From assembly GCA_965369655.1 (NCBI GenBank), contig CBDUQR010000006.1, forward strand, positions 1 to 64,000: a DNA stretch of 64,000 nt. Direction: 5' to 3'. This document shows positions 22,795-31,970 of the stretch, piece by piece (the first letter of the stretch is position 1; each line of letters begins with the position of its first letter). The notes under the pieces are model-generated. The model searched no databases and had not been told where the DNA came from. It saw only the letters and a program-made list of their open reading frames with translations. The DNA is from an uncultured bacterium (GTDB lineage Bacteria > Zixibacteria > MSB-5A5 > JAABVY01 > JAHJOQ01). Position numbers and translations under genes: made by a program.

Positions 22795-23703
22795 CTAACC
22801 GACTTTTGCCATTCTGACAAATGTCTCGGCTTTGGCGTATTCCTCGCGGAGCAGACTGATCGACTGCATGACGTCATAAGGGGATATGCCGAGGTTTTCC
22901 TTCGCCTCATCGAAAATATCGACAAGTTCGCTCTCGTTCTCTTCCTCGACATCAAACGCACTGCAAGCAATGTTGTTGGCAAAGCTGACCAGAAATACAA
23001 TGTTCCGCCCTTCATCCGCATTCGTTGGGGAATGATGATACTGGATCGCCTGCTCAATCACCTTTGGAAGATTCCAGCGCTGTGCAAACAGAGCGCCGAG
23101 GTCGCAGTGAGTGTAATCGAGCAAGAGTTTTTCAGCCCGCATAAAATCTATCTGGTTTTCCTCAGCCAATTTGCTTACAGCCGCGAAGTCATCCGGGATG
23201 TATATGTGCATTATCAGCTTGCCGATGTCATGCAGCAGCCCTGCCGAGAACGCCAGCTCAGCTTCGACAGTGCATGTGCCCGAAATCTTGCCGGCGAAAA
23301 GCCTGGCGCCTACCGCCGTGATGAGCGAATGCCGCCAGTACTCCTGTTGGAAATTGGGATCGACCTTATTCTTACCGAAAAGATCAAACACGCCTGTGCA
23401 CAAGACCAATGACCTGATTGCCTCGATACCGAGTATTATGACAGCCTGCTTTATCGACGTAACCGACTGCCGCAGGCCATAGTAGGCCGAGTTAGAGAGC
23501 TTGAGGACCTTGGCGCTCATCGCCGGATCCTCAGCGAGGATCGACGCTATGTCGAAAGCCGAAGTTCTCGGATCACTGACGACCTTGTTCATCTGCTGGA
23601 ACACCAGCGGAGGGGTAGGAAGATTAGATACCCGCTCAATAATCCCCTTGAGTCGTTCCGACGTAGTTTGTGTATCCCGGATGACTGTCTTCTCCTCATC
23701 CAT
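22795..23703 (-). CDS. HDOD domain protein
   Basis: Motif 'LPTPP...DPAMSAKVLKLSNSAYYG...AVIILG...WRHS...AGLLHDIGK...WNLP..I..AI.YHH'. Confidence 0.92.
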   Translation of the reverse strand: MDEEKTVIRDTQTTSERLKGIIERVSNLPTPPLVFQQMNKVVSDPRTSAFDIASILAEDPAMSAKVLKLSNSAYYGLRQSVTSIKQAVIILGIEAIRSLVLCTGVFDLFGKNKVDPNFQQEYWRHSLITAVGARLFAGKISGTCTVEAELAFSAGLLHDIGKLIMHIYIPDDFAAVSKLAEENQIDFMRAEKLLLDYTHCDLGALFAQRWNLPKVIEQAIQYHHSPTNADEGRNIVFLVSFANNIACSAFDVEEENESELVDIFDEAKENLGISPYDVMQSISLLREEYAKAETFVRMAKVG

Positions 23704-23705
23704 TC

Positions 23706-24134
23706 TTACTCGGAATCGCTTTCCGTCCCGATTTCCCCTATCATCCTCGATACAATCTTATCCAGCACTCTGGAAGTCAGGTAGTTTCCTGAACGAACCT
23801 TCTTCCTGGCATTCTCGATCTTGTCGCGTCTCTCCTCTGGAATCCCTTGACTCTTTCTATCCGGAGCGGGAGACTTGTCGGCGTTGCCTTCACTCTTTTT
23901 CAATGCACCGGAATCCATCAGTTTCTCCGCGATTGCCTTTGTAAACGAGGGTCTGGAATAGACTCCTTCCCCGATCAAACGTCGCACTCTGGCGAGTTTC
24001 CCCTGGCCTTCAATTGATGAATGAGATATTTCAACCTTATCGCGTAATTCTCCTTTGGGGCTTTGCTTTGATTTGCTCTCCATATTCTTTCGTCTTACGA
24101 CAAGTCCTTCTCCGGGGATTTTCTCTACTCGCAT
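23706..24134 (-). CDS. FlgM-like (anti-sigma-28) protein with duplicated C-terminal motif
   Basis: 'DKVEIS' followed by two copies of K(L/I)xx(V/A)RxxI/VxxGxY...I(A/V)xx(L/M). Start ATG 24134 was chosen to avoid overlap with the upstream gene. Confidence 0.6.
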   Translation of the reverse strand: MRVEKIPGEGLVVRRKNMESKSKQSPKGELRDKVEISHSSIEGQGKLARVRRLIGEGVYSRPSFTKAIAEKLMDSGALKKSEGNADKSPAPDRKSQGIPEERRDKIENARKKVRSGNYLTSRVLDKIVSRMIGEIGTESDSE

Positions 24135-24150
24135 AGGATTTGGCCTTATC

Positions 24151-24603
24151 TCATCCCTTACCGTCGAGTATCCGCGCTTTTTCCGGCCGATGCCCGCGAT
24201 ATGCGGCGAGGTCCTGGGCATTCTTCAACGCCTCGAGTTCCTCTTTGATGCGGATGTAGCGATCGTTGGCAAACTCCTCGTTGTCCTTGATCATCGATAA
24301 GTTCTTTTTAATGAGAGTCGATATGGAGTTGACCAGCTTGCGGACCTCCGGAGAAGTTGCAGCGAGATTGAACAGCTTCCTGTTGTTGTTCCTCAATTCT
24401 GCGATTTTCTGTTCGCTCTCTGCGATTCGTTTCTTGACATTCTGGACGTCCTCGTAAACCGACAGGATTTTTTGATCCCGGTCGTACTTGAGTACATCCA
24501 TCTGCTTGTCAATGAGAATATACAGAGATTGATAGAAACTGTACTCCTCTTTGAGGAAAGAAATCAGTGTGTTTTCGAGATCGACTACTTCTTTGTACTC
24601 CAT
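24151..24603 (-). CDS. FliT/FlgN-like flagellar export chaperone
   Basis: 150-aa helical protein 'LISFLKEEYSFYQSL..L..KQ..VL' directly after fliS. Confidence 0.65.
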   Translation of the reverse strand: MEYKEVVDLENTLISFLKEEYSFYQSLYILIDKQMDVLKYDRDQKILSVYEDVQNVKKRIAESEQKIAELRNNNRKLFNLAATSPEVRKLVNSISTLIKKNLSMIKDNEEFANDRYIRIKEELEALKNAQDLAAYRGHRPEKARILDGKG

Positions 24604-24604
24604 T

Positions 24605-25042
24605 TCACACCTGTACTGATAAGACCCGCTGCCCGGAGGTCTGTTCTGTGCTTTTGTCGTTGTTTACTTCTGAGTTATTCTGATTTTCGATTCCCTGCCA
24701 CCCGTCCTTGAGACCCGATAGTATTTCCCTGAGATCTCCGATGATCTCCGGACTCCTCGTCGAGTTCAGGATGTAGAGCTGGCTGATGATAAACGAATAC
24801 AACGATCCCAGCTTCTCTGCGATCTCGCCGCCCTTGTCGAAATCAAGCGTGGTATAGAGGTGATAGATAACCCTGTGCACTCTCTCGACACGATCGGCGA
24901 ATACGTCTGTCCTCTCGTTATCCAGTTCTTCCTGCGCCTGATCGAGGAACTTCAGCGCGCCGTTGTACAGCAGCAGGATCAGGTCCCTCTGCCCCATTCC
25001 GGCGACCTGATTTCTCTGGTAGGTTGCCAATGCGTTGTTCAT
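24605..25042 (-). CDS. fliS: Flagellin chaperone FliS
   Basis: Motif 'Y..NQV.....DLILLLYNGA...L..TLDFDKGGEIAEKL.SLY...L..LKDGW'. Confidence 0.95.
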   Translation of the reverse strand: MNNALATYQRNQVAGMGQRDLILLLYNGALKFLDQAQEELDNERTDVFADRVERVHRVIYHLYTTLDFDKGGEIAEKLGSLYSFIISQLYILNSTRSPEIIGDLREILSGLKDGWQGIENQNNSEVNNDKSTEQTSGQRVLSVQV

Positions 25043-25071
25043 GTTGTCTTCCGCCTACATGTGAAGCCGGT

Positions 25072-27405
25072 CTATTTCTTCCAGTATGTTTTGAGTTGAT
25101 CGAGCTGGGTATTGAGATAAGAAGTCTGCGCATTCATCTCTTCGAGGTACTTCTCCAGCTCTATGAATTTCTTGTAGATGGCCTCCTTGCGAATCGCGAG
25201 ACGCGCCTCTTCTCCTTCTATTCTCGCCTGAGTATAGTCGATCTGTTTCTGGATCGCGCTGGATCGCCTTGCCATCATGCCTTCGGATGACTTGGTCAGG
25301 CTGTCGAGCAGCGCGTCAAACTGGCTCGCGATCCCCTTGGTGAACGTGAGATTGGCCTCTGCACCATCACCGAGATCAGCCGCAGTCAGTTCGACTTTCA
25401 GTCTGATTCCCGCAGTCGTCTCATTCTCCTCATTGCCTGCGAGCATCTGGCCGGTGCCGTCAGCCGCTTCGCCATTGATAGTCCCCTCTACATCTTTTCC
25501 CGAATAGGAAACTGCCTGCGCCAGGCCGAGCGTTGTGAACGCGCTGTTTCCCGAACCTGCCTGGATCTTAGCCGTCGAATTGGAACCATAAGAGCCGGAA
25601 TCTATGCGCAGGAAACCAGTCTCTCCAAGATCAGAATAGCTCACCGACACTCCATAGGAACCGATGTTGGCGTCATTGTCTATCTGAGTCTGAATCTCAG
25701 AGACCAGTTCTTCCCAACTGTTGTACGTCTTTTCTGTCAAATGGATATCTTCAGAGACCCGCGAGTCGACCACGATCTTGAAAATGTTGTTATCGCTGTC
25801 TATCACAAGCGGCGTCTCGGAAAGATCGCTTAACTCGGTTCCCTGCAGGTAGCCTTTTGCGGCAGCCTGTGTGATGTCTATCTCGTAACCATCGAGGGGC
25901 GAAATCCTGCTGTCGAACGTCGCATTCAGAAAAGTGATCTTGGAATTGTCCGACTCACCCCAGTTTGCAAAAAGTTTGATCACATCCGAAAGATTTTCTT
26001 CAAGCGCCTTCGTAAGTGCGCTGCTGTCGACAACATTGAGTTGGCCGAGCGTGCTCGTCCGTATTCCAATATCCGTCACTGTTCGAAAGCCCGAGTCGAT
26101 CCCCTCAACGACCGTACTCGTCAACGCCCTCAACTGATGCTGAACAGACATCAGAGTTGTATCGCCAATAAGTATACCGGCCTGTTTGGTCTCGGTATCG
26201 TACTTGAGGTAGTCATCAATTCGGCTGTTCACTTCGTTGTACTGCGAGATCAGACCATCAATCAAACTCCTGACTGCAACCGTATCGAACTCGGTTTTGA
26301 TTGTGATATCCGGCGTCTCGGCGTCACTCTCCCTATTCAGAGTCAGCGTGATACCCGGTATGACATCCTCAATCGTATTATTGGAGGACGTGACAGTGAT
26401 CGGTGATCCTCCACCGTCGGACGATCCGATCGAAATCCTCGCGTCCTGAGCTTGCTGAACTACTGGAGCAAACGTCTGAACCTGAAAAGTATCTCCTGCG
26501 ACCAGATCTCCGGCCGCGAAGTTCAGGGTCAGCCCGTCCGAACCGTCGCCCGTCAGGCTCACCTCGGCGCCTGCCGTCGATACGGTGACGGTCCCCGAAT
26601 TCGTGCCGTCGGTCCAGTTTACAAGAATATCCCCCGAGCCGACTGTCTGGGTGCCCGTGCCCTGGACCGTAAACGTATATGTCTTGTTGGTTGTCCCCGA
26701 ATACGAAGCAGTTGATCCGAGTGAGACTGCCGAAGTAGCTGCGGACGACCATGTGAGCGTTTCCGGCGAATCGAAGCTCGCGGTCGCAAAATCGGGCGCA
26801 GTACCGCCGGTCAGACTATTCGTGATTACTATTTGATTAGATAAACCGGTCTGCTTCGAAGTGATCAGCAGCCTGTTCGAATTGCTCGAAGAGCCATCGT
26901 TGACCACCGAAGCGGTAACTCCCGCGCCAGCGGCATTGATCGCGTCTTTGAGACCGGATAGCGTATTGTTTGTTGCATCTATCGTTATTGTCGTCTCGGC
27001 AGCGTCTCCAACCTTGATTTTGAATGTCCCCGTACCGATCCGGGTCGTATCCTTGTCTGCGAACCCCTGGCTTGCCACCTGATGATTCCTGGCAAGCTGA
27101 TCGATACTAATCCTGTAGAGACCGGAAGTGACGTCTCCGGATACCGCCGCTGTGGCGTACGATTCGTTTGAGACCGTCAACTGCGTCTTATTAAACGAAG
27201 ACGGCTTTGTAAGAAGAGATACTTTTGCTTTCAGACCGAGCAGCATGGCAGAAATAGAGTTATATGTCGTAATCTTGTTTGTTCGTTCTACCTGCTGCGC
27301 CTCCATGATCCTGACGTGGCCCCTTTCCCCGTTGATTATTGCCTCAACGATCGCCGCTGTGTCAAGATTGGAGTTGATTCCCTGGATGTAATTTGTACCT
27401 GGCAT
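25072..27405 (-). CDS. fliD: Flagellar filament capping protein FliD
   Basis: N-terminal 'GINSNLDTAAIVEAI', 'QLARNHQ', 'SSNNTIEDVIPGITLTL' and C-terminal 'KKFIELEKYLEEMNAQ'. Confidence 0.95.
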   Translation of the reverse strand: MPGTNYIQGINSNLDTAAIVEAIINGERGHVRIMEAQQVERTNKITTYNSISAMLLGLKAKVSLLTKPSSFNKTQLTVSNESYATAAVSGDVTSGLYRISIDQLARNHQVASQGFADKDTTRIGTGTFKIKVGDAAETTITIDATNNTLSGLKDAINAAGAGVTASVVNDGSSSNSNRLLITSKQTGLSNQIVITNSLTGGTAPDFATASFDSPETLTWSSAATSAVSLGSTASYSGTTNKTYTFTVQGTGTQTVGSGDILVNWTDGTNSGTVTVSTAGAEVSLTGDGSDGLTLNFAAGDLVAGDTFQVQTFAPVVQQAQDARISIGSSDGGGSPITVTSSNNTIEDVIPGITLTLNRESDAETPDITIKTEFDTVAVRSLIDGLISQYNEVNSRIDDYLKYDTETKQAGILIGDTTLMSVQHQLRALTSTVVEGIDSGFRTVTDIGIRTSTLGQLNVVDSSALTKALEENLSDVIKLFANWGESDNSKITFLNATFDSRISPLDGYEIDITQAAAKGYLQGTELSDLSETPLVIDSDNNIFKIVVDSRVSEDIHLTEKTYNSWEELVSEIQTQIDNDANIGSYGVSVSYSDLGETGFLRIDSGSYGSNSTAKIQAGSGNSAFTTLGLAQAVSYSGKDVEGTINGEAADGTGQMLAGNEENETTAGIRLKVELTAADLGDGAEANLTFTKGIASQFDALLDSLTKSSEGMMARRSSAIQKQIDYTQARIEGEEARLAIRKEAIYKKFIELEKYLEEMNAQTSYLNTQLDQLKTYWKK

Positions 27406-27457
27406 ATCAAGACTCTCAGTATCGGGAGAGACCAGCGTCTCCCCCGATTGTTTGTAT

Positions 27458-27868
27458 TCAGATTTCGGTATCGAGTATGATACCTGTCATCTCCTGCAGG
27501 CGGCCTCGCATGGCGAGGATCGAATCAGGCGGTATCTGCCTGATAACCTTACCGGATTCCGATTCAATTACCTTCACAACCACGCTGCCGGATTGTTTGT
27601 CGATCCGGAAATTCAGCGAGATTTGCTTGCTAATAAGCTGTTTGTTCAGTTCATCTATGAACGCCCCGAACTTCTCTCTTAGCGAGCCTGTGTTTGGAGA
27701 CTCGCTGTCGGTTCCAGCCGTACTTGCGCCCAGAATACAGACAGCGTTAAGGTCGAGCCCCGCAGCCTTAGCCAGATCAGGTGACTTTCCAGCATCCGAT
27801 ACTGAAGTCGGATCGGCTATCCACAAAGGATTGGCCAATACCGCCGAGGAGTTTAAGATCGGATCCAT
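27458..27868 (-). CDS. flaG: Flagellar protein FlaG
   Basis: Motif 'LNFRID..SG.VVVKVI..ESGKVIRQIPP'. Confidence 0.92.
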   Translation of the reverse strand: MDPILNSSAVLANPLWIADPTSVSDAGKSPDLAKAAGLDLNAVCILGASTAGTDSESPNTGSLREKFGAFIDELNKQLISKQISLNFRIDKQSGSVVVKVIESESGKVIRQIPPDSILAMRGRLQEMTGIILDTEI

Positions 27869-27887
27869 TCAAATCACCTCGTATTGT

Positions 27888-27911
27888 ACGGGGGAGGATT
27901 TCCTCCCCCGT
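27888..27911. terminator. Perfect hairpin downstream of fliC (terminator or mRNA stabiliser)
   Basis: ACGGGGGAGGA-TT-TCCTCCCCCGT; no U-tract follows in the fliC direction. Confidence 0.6.
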
Positions 27912-27942
27912 TTATCATCCTGCAATTGTCAACTCACCCCTG

Positions 27943-30120
27943 CTAACCGAAGAGCGAGAGAACAACCTGCGGCACCTGATTGCCCTGAGCGAGCATCGCG
28001 ACACCTGCCTGCAGCAGAATCTGAGCCCTGACGAAGTTTGACATTTCTTTCGCCATGTCAGTGTCACGGATGAACGACTCGGAAGCCGTCAGGTTCTGGT
28101 GTGCGATCCTGAGGTTAGAAAGGTTGGATTCCAGAGTGTTCTTCTGGAACGAACCGAGCGCACCTCTCCTGTTCGACACCTGATCGATCGCGGCGTCAAT
28201 CACGACCTGAGAATCCTGAGCGCCGGCGACAGTCGTAACATTGATCGCACCGAGGTTCGTGAACATGTTACCGGCGATGCTCTTGCCGAGCGCAGATGCG
28301 GCCATGTTGCCCAGCGCGACGCGAGCCGTCTGGCCAACATTACCGCCGATCTGGAAGACCAGCGACTGATCGGTGTTGCTGATCGTCTCGGAACCGCCCT
28401 CTGACGAGAGGCCGTATCTGATGCTGAGCGACTCCGAACGATCGGAGTTGTAGATCACGGAATCCTGACCTCCGGTCACCGAAGCAGCAGGACCGCCATC
28501 GAGCCTTACAGCATATCTGGCAGCGTTGACGTCAAGCAACAGATTACCGAGGTTGACTCCGTTGATCGCCGTATTGGCTGTGATATTGATCGAACCACGG
28601 CCTGTTTCTCCTGCGGCCTTGTTGTAAAGCGTTACGTTGCTCGTGCTGGCATACTTCACACTGGAGACCGTGTTAGTGTAGTTGTCGAACGAGACGAGCG
28701 CGTCAATACCGGCAATTGCAATCGTATCGGCAGTCAGACCCAGCACGTTCTGGGCTTCACCAGTGCCTGAACCATTGCTGACAGCCTGCAAGTTGTAGCT
28801 CGACCCCTCATCGTAGGTGAAGAACTGCAGTTTGTCAGTACCCTGGAGCGCCACATCCATATCGCCGGTAGAACCCTGAACAGTACCAAACGCAGTTGTC
28901 AGCGCTGTCTGGATATCAGTGATCAGCGTGCTCATGGAAGTGAAGGTCTTGGTTGCGGCAGTTACAATATTCGCCGATGCGGTTGTGCCGCTGTTCTTGA
29001 CAGTATTGAGTGTGAACTTCAGCAGGTCCTTACTGGTACCTCTGGTGGATCTGCTCGAACCCATGTCGACGATCGCCGAGGAGGCTGTCGACGTAGATGA
29101 CGTCAGCTTCAGGCTGTACTGCGCGCCTCCGTTGATAGCCCTGAACTCGAGCTTGGAGCCGCCGGCCTGCAGCGTGGCAGCCTCGATCTTGCCTGCAAGC
29201 TGAGCATTGTTCGCAATTGCGGCATTCCACTTGCCCAACTGCACCGAAACCGAATCACCAGTTGCAATCGCGATAGTCAGCGTCTGATCGCCGGAAACTG
29301 CCTCGCCATTCTGCTGGTAGTTCAGCACTGCGGTATAGTCACCTTCGTTGGCGAGAATCGCGGCGCCGAATGTGGAGACGGACGCAACAGTGGCCATCGT
29401 GGCCGCTGTTCCAAGCGTCAGCCCGTTGCCGAATCCATCGGAAATCGTGACCGCTGCCGAAGACTTCGTCGCACCAGCCGAAGCCTGGAGCACATCGACA
29501 TTGTGGATGCCTTCGGTCAACTCGACCGGAGTACCGGTGCCATTCAGCGAGATACCGAGCGACGTCGTGTTAAGAGTCGCTGTGGCATCAGAGAGTTTGG
29601 TCGCCGAAATCGAATGTACTCCGCTTGTCAAATTGCTCTGGAGGATGGACAGTTGGGACGAATTCGCAGTTGTGATGGTTGCGACATTGTCCCTTGATCC
29701 ATCGAGAAGCTTCTTTGTTCCGAACTGCGTGTTAGCAGCAATTCGGTCGATCGTCGAGATCGCGTTCTGAATTTCAGCCTGATCAGCGGCCAACTGGTTC
29801 GTGTCGTTGAACCCTTCGTTAGCTGCGTGAATGGCCAGTTCTCTCATCGAGATCAGCAGACTGTTGATCTCATTGAGAGCTCCCTCAGCAGTCTGGATCA
29901 TGTTGATTGATCCTTCGGAGTTCGAGATCGCTCGATCAAGACCGGCGATCTGAGCTCTGAACTGCTCGGAAATTACCAAGCCTGCCGGATCGTCTGATGC
30001 ACGGTTAATCCTGTAACCGGACGACAGCTTCTCCATCGAACTGGTGAGCGCTCTCGTGGTCAATGTCAGGTTACGATGCGCATCCAGGGCAGCAATGTTG
30101 TGGTTAATGCGTAAACCCAT
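27943..30120 (-). CDS. fliC: Flagellin (725 aa, large Ser/Thr-rich variable region)
   Basis: N-terminal 'LRINHNIAA...MEKLSSGYRINRASDDPAGL' and C-terminal 'ASESFIRDTDMAKEM...QILLQAG.AMLAQ.NQ.PQ.VLSL'. Confidence 0.98.
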   Translation of the reverse strand: MGLRINHNIAALDAHRNLTLTTRALTSSMEKLSSGYRINRASDDPAGLVISEQFRAQIAGLDRAISNSEGSINMIQTAEGALNEINSLLISMRELAIHAANEGFNDTNQLAADQAEIQNAISTIDRIAANTQFGTKKLLDGSRDNVATITTANSSQLSILQSNLTSGVHSISATKLSDATATLNTTSLGISLNGTGTPVELTEGIHNVDVLQASAGATKSSAAVTISDGFGNGLTLGTAATMATVASVSTFGAAILANEGDYTAVLNYQQNGEAVSGDQTLTIAIATGDSVSVQLGKWNAAIANNAQLAGKIEAATLQAGGSKLEFRAINGGAQYSLKLTSSTSTASSAIVDMGSSRSTRGTSKDLLKFTLNTVKNSGTTASANIVTAATKTFTSMSTLITDIQTALTTAFGTVQGSTGDMDVALQGTDKLQFFTYDEGSSYNLQAVSNGSGTGEAQNVLGLTADTIAIAGIDALVSFDNYTNTVSSVKYASTSNVTLYNKAAGETGRGSINITANTAINGVNLGNLLLDVNAARYAVRLDGGPAASVTGGQDSVIYNSDRSESLSIRYGLSSEGGSETISNTDQSLVFQIGGNVGQTARVALGNMAASALGKSIAGNMFTNLGAINVTTVAGAQDSQVVIDAAIDQVSNRRGALGSFQKNTLESNLSNLRIAHQNLTASESFIRDTDMAKEMSNFVRAQILLQAGVAMLAQGNQVPQVVLSLFG

Positions 30121-30349
30121 TAGGAATCCTCCTTGAGTTTCCTTGTCGATCGTCCTTGTCGACTAAGTCTGTTTAACTGGTAATGCTCGCCAATTAAGCC
30201 ACATCCAATGTCTGCCAAGGTCCGAGCCACTCCGACCTTCAGTCCGGATTTTGAAAGAGCCCCGGTCTGCCGGCTCTTATCATACACCACCTTCCTTTCA
30301 ATTCCTGTTCGGTTTTGGTTTTGTCTTTAGTCTAAGCCTTTTATTATCT

Positions 30350-30376
30350 TAATCGGCTTTTCGAGCGCTTCCTTTA
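30350..30376 (-). promoter_or_regulatory. sigma-28 (FliA) promoter of fliC
   Basis: TAAA-15 nt-GCCGATTA, against the consensus TAAA-N15-GCCGATAA. Confidence 0.85.
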
Positions 30377-30690
30377 TATGCAAATGCGTTCGATCATCTA
30401 TACCTGGATATTGTCGTCAGTTTCCTGCGCGATCTTCAGTGACCGCCGCAAAAAAGCGCACTGCGCCCAATCACATTTGAAGCATGGGTGCTCTATCCTG
30501 CTGAGCGCCTCGAAATTAGCTGCCTGTACTTTTTTCGATGTCCAGATTCTTCCCATGAAATACAAGCCTCGGCAGTATGCGGCAGCGTCGAAATATGTTG
30601 ACTGGCAGCCGCTGATTCGTAAATTAGCGATTGCGATTTTGTTAATCTACTCGGCCCTGCCGGTGCCGAGCCGTGCAAGGAGTTATCTCT

Positions 30691-31935
30691 ATGGTAGTCA
30701 TAAAGCCGTTCAGGGGGCTCAGGCCAACACCGGATATAGCATCACAGGTAGCTTCGCCGCCATACGATGTCCTGAGTTCGGAGGAGGCGCGCCAAATGGC
30801 GAGTGAGAACCCGCACTCATTCCTGCATGTAGTCAAACCAGAAATCGACCTGCCGCCCGATACCGATCCATACAGCGACATCGTCTATGAGACGGCTGCG
30901 AAGAATATCAAATGGTTGAGAGATGAGAATATTCTCAGGCAGGACGAAACCGACTGCTATTATCTCTACCAGCTTCAGATGAACAGCCATATCCAGACAG
31001 GACTCGTGGCGGTCGCCTCGGTTCAGGATTATGACGGAAACCGGATCAAGAAGCACGAATTAACGCGACCGGTCAAGGAAGACGATCGAACGAAGCACAT
31101 CCTGACCTCGCGCGCCCAGACAGGCCCGGTGTTCTGCATCTACAAATCGAATCCCGAGCTGCGAATGATCTTCGGTCAGGTCATGAGTGAGAAGCCCGAA
31201 GTCTCGTTCTCTGTCGACGACGATGTGAAGCACAGATTCTGGAAAATCAGCGACAAAGACAAGGTGGAGAAGATCACCTCTGTCTTCGCGGGATTTCAGG
31301 AGATATACATAGCCGACGGCCACCACAGATCGGCTGCGGGATCACGTGCGGCGAAGAAGCTTAAGAAGCTGAACGCGGGTCACACAGGAAAAGAAGAGTA
31401 CAACTACTTTCTGACGGTCATTTTCCCCGACGATGAAATGCAGATACTTCCGTACAATCGCGTGATCAAAGATCTCAATGGAATTACCGACGAACAGTTT
31501 ATGGACCGTCTGGCCGAGGTATTCCAGATCGAAACGACTCCTGATCCATCGGAAGCGGAACCTGACAAACCCTACACTTACGCGATGTACATGAATGGTG
31601 CGTGGCATCGTCTGACCTATTCTCAGACGCCCGACTTATCCGACCCGATCGAGTCTCTCGACGTGCAGGTACTGGCGAAAAACGTACTTGATCCGATCCT
31701 GGGGATCGACGACCCGCGCACGGACCCGAGAATCGATTTCATCGGCGGAATCAGAGGGCTGAGCGAACTCGAAAAACTGGTCGACTCCGGCAAGTGGAAA
31801 GTCGCTTTCGCGCTTCACCCGACCAGTGTCGATCAACTCCTGAAGGTTGCAGACGCCAACAAGGTGATGCCGCCCAAATCGACCTGGTTCGAGCCGAAGC
31901 TGCGCAGCGGAATGGTTGTTCATCTCATAGATTAG
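30691..31935 (+). CDS. DUF1015 family protein
   Basis: Motifs 'IKPFRG.RP...SPPYDV', KKHELTR, YIADGHHR and MPPKSTWFEPKLRSG; AGGAG RBS before ATG 30691. Confidence 0.93.
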   Translation: MVVIKPFRGLRPTPDIASQVASPPYDVLSSEEARQMASENPHSFLHVVKPEIDLPPDTDPYSDIVYETAAKNIKWLRDENILRQDETDCYYLYQLQMNSHIQTGLVAVASVQDYDGNRIKKHELTRPVKEDDRTKHILTSRAQTGPVFCIYKSNPELRMIFGQVMSEKPEVSFSVDDDVKHRFWKISDKDKVEKITSVFAGFQEIYIADGHHRSAAGSRAAKKLKKLNAGHTGKEEYNYFLTVIFPDDEMQILPYNRVIKDLNGITDEQFMDRLAEVFQIETTPDPSEAEPDKPYTYAMYMNGAWHRLTYSQTPDLSDPIESLDVQVLAKNVLDPILGIDDPRTDPRIDFIGGIRGLSELEKLVDSGKWKVAFALHPTSVDQLLKVADANKVMPPKSTWFEPKLRSGMVVHLID

Positions 31936-31970
31936 TGTACTGAAACAGGCAATACAAGGAGACTACTGTA

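Noticed and set aside
30378-30806. 142-aa plus-strand ORF in the fliC/DUF1015 divergent region
   Set aside because: It has no recognisable motifs and overlaps the promoter region and the start of DUF1015 out of frame.
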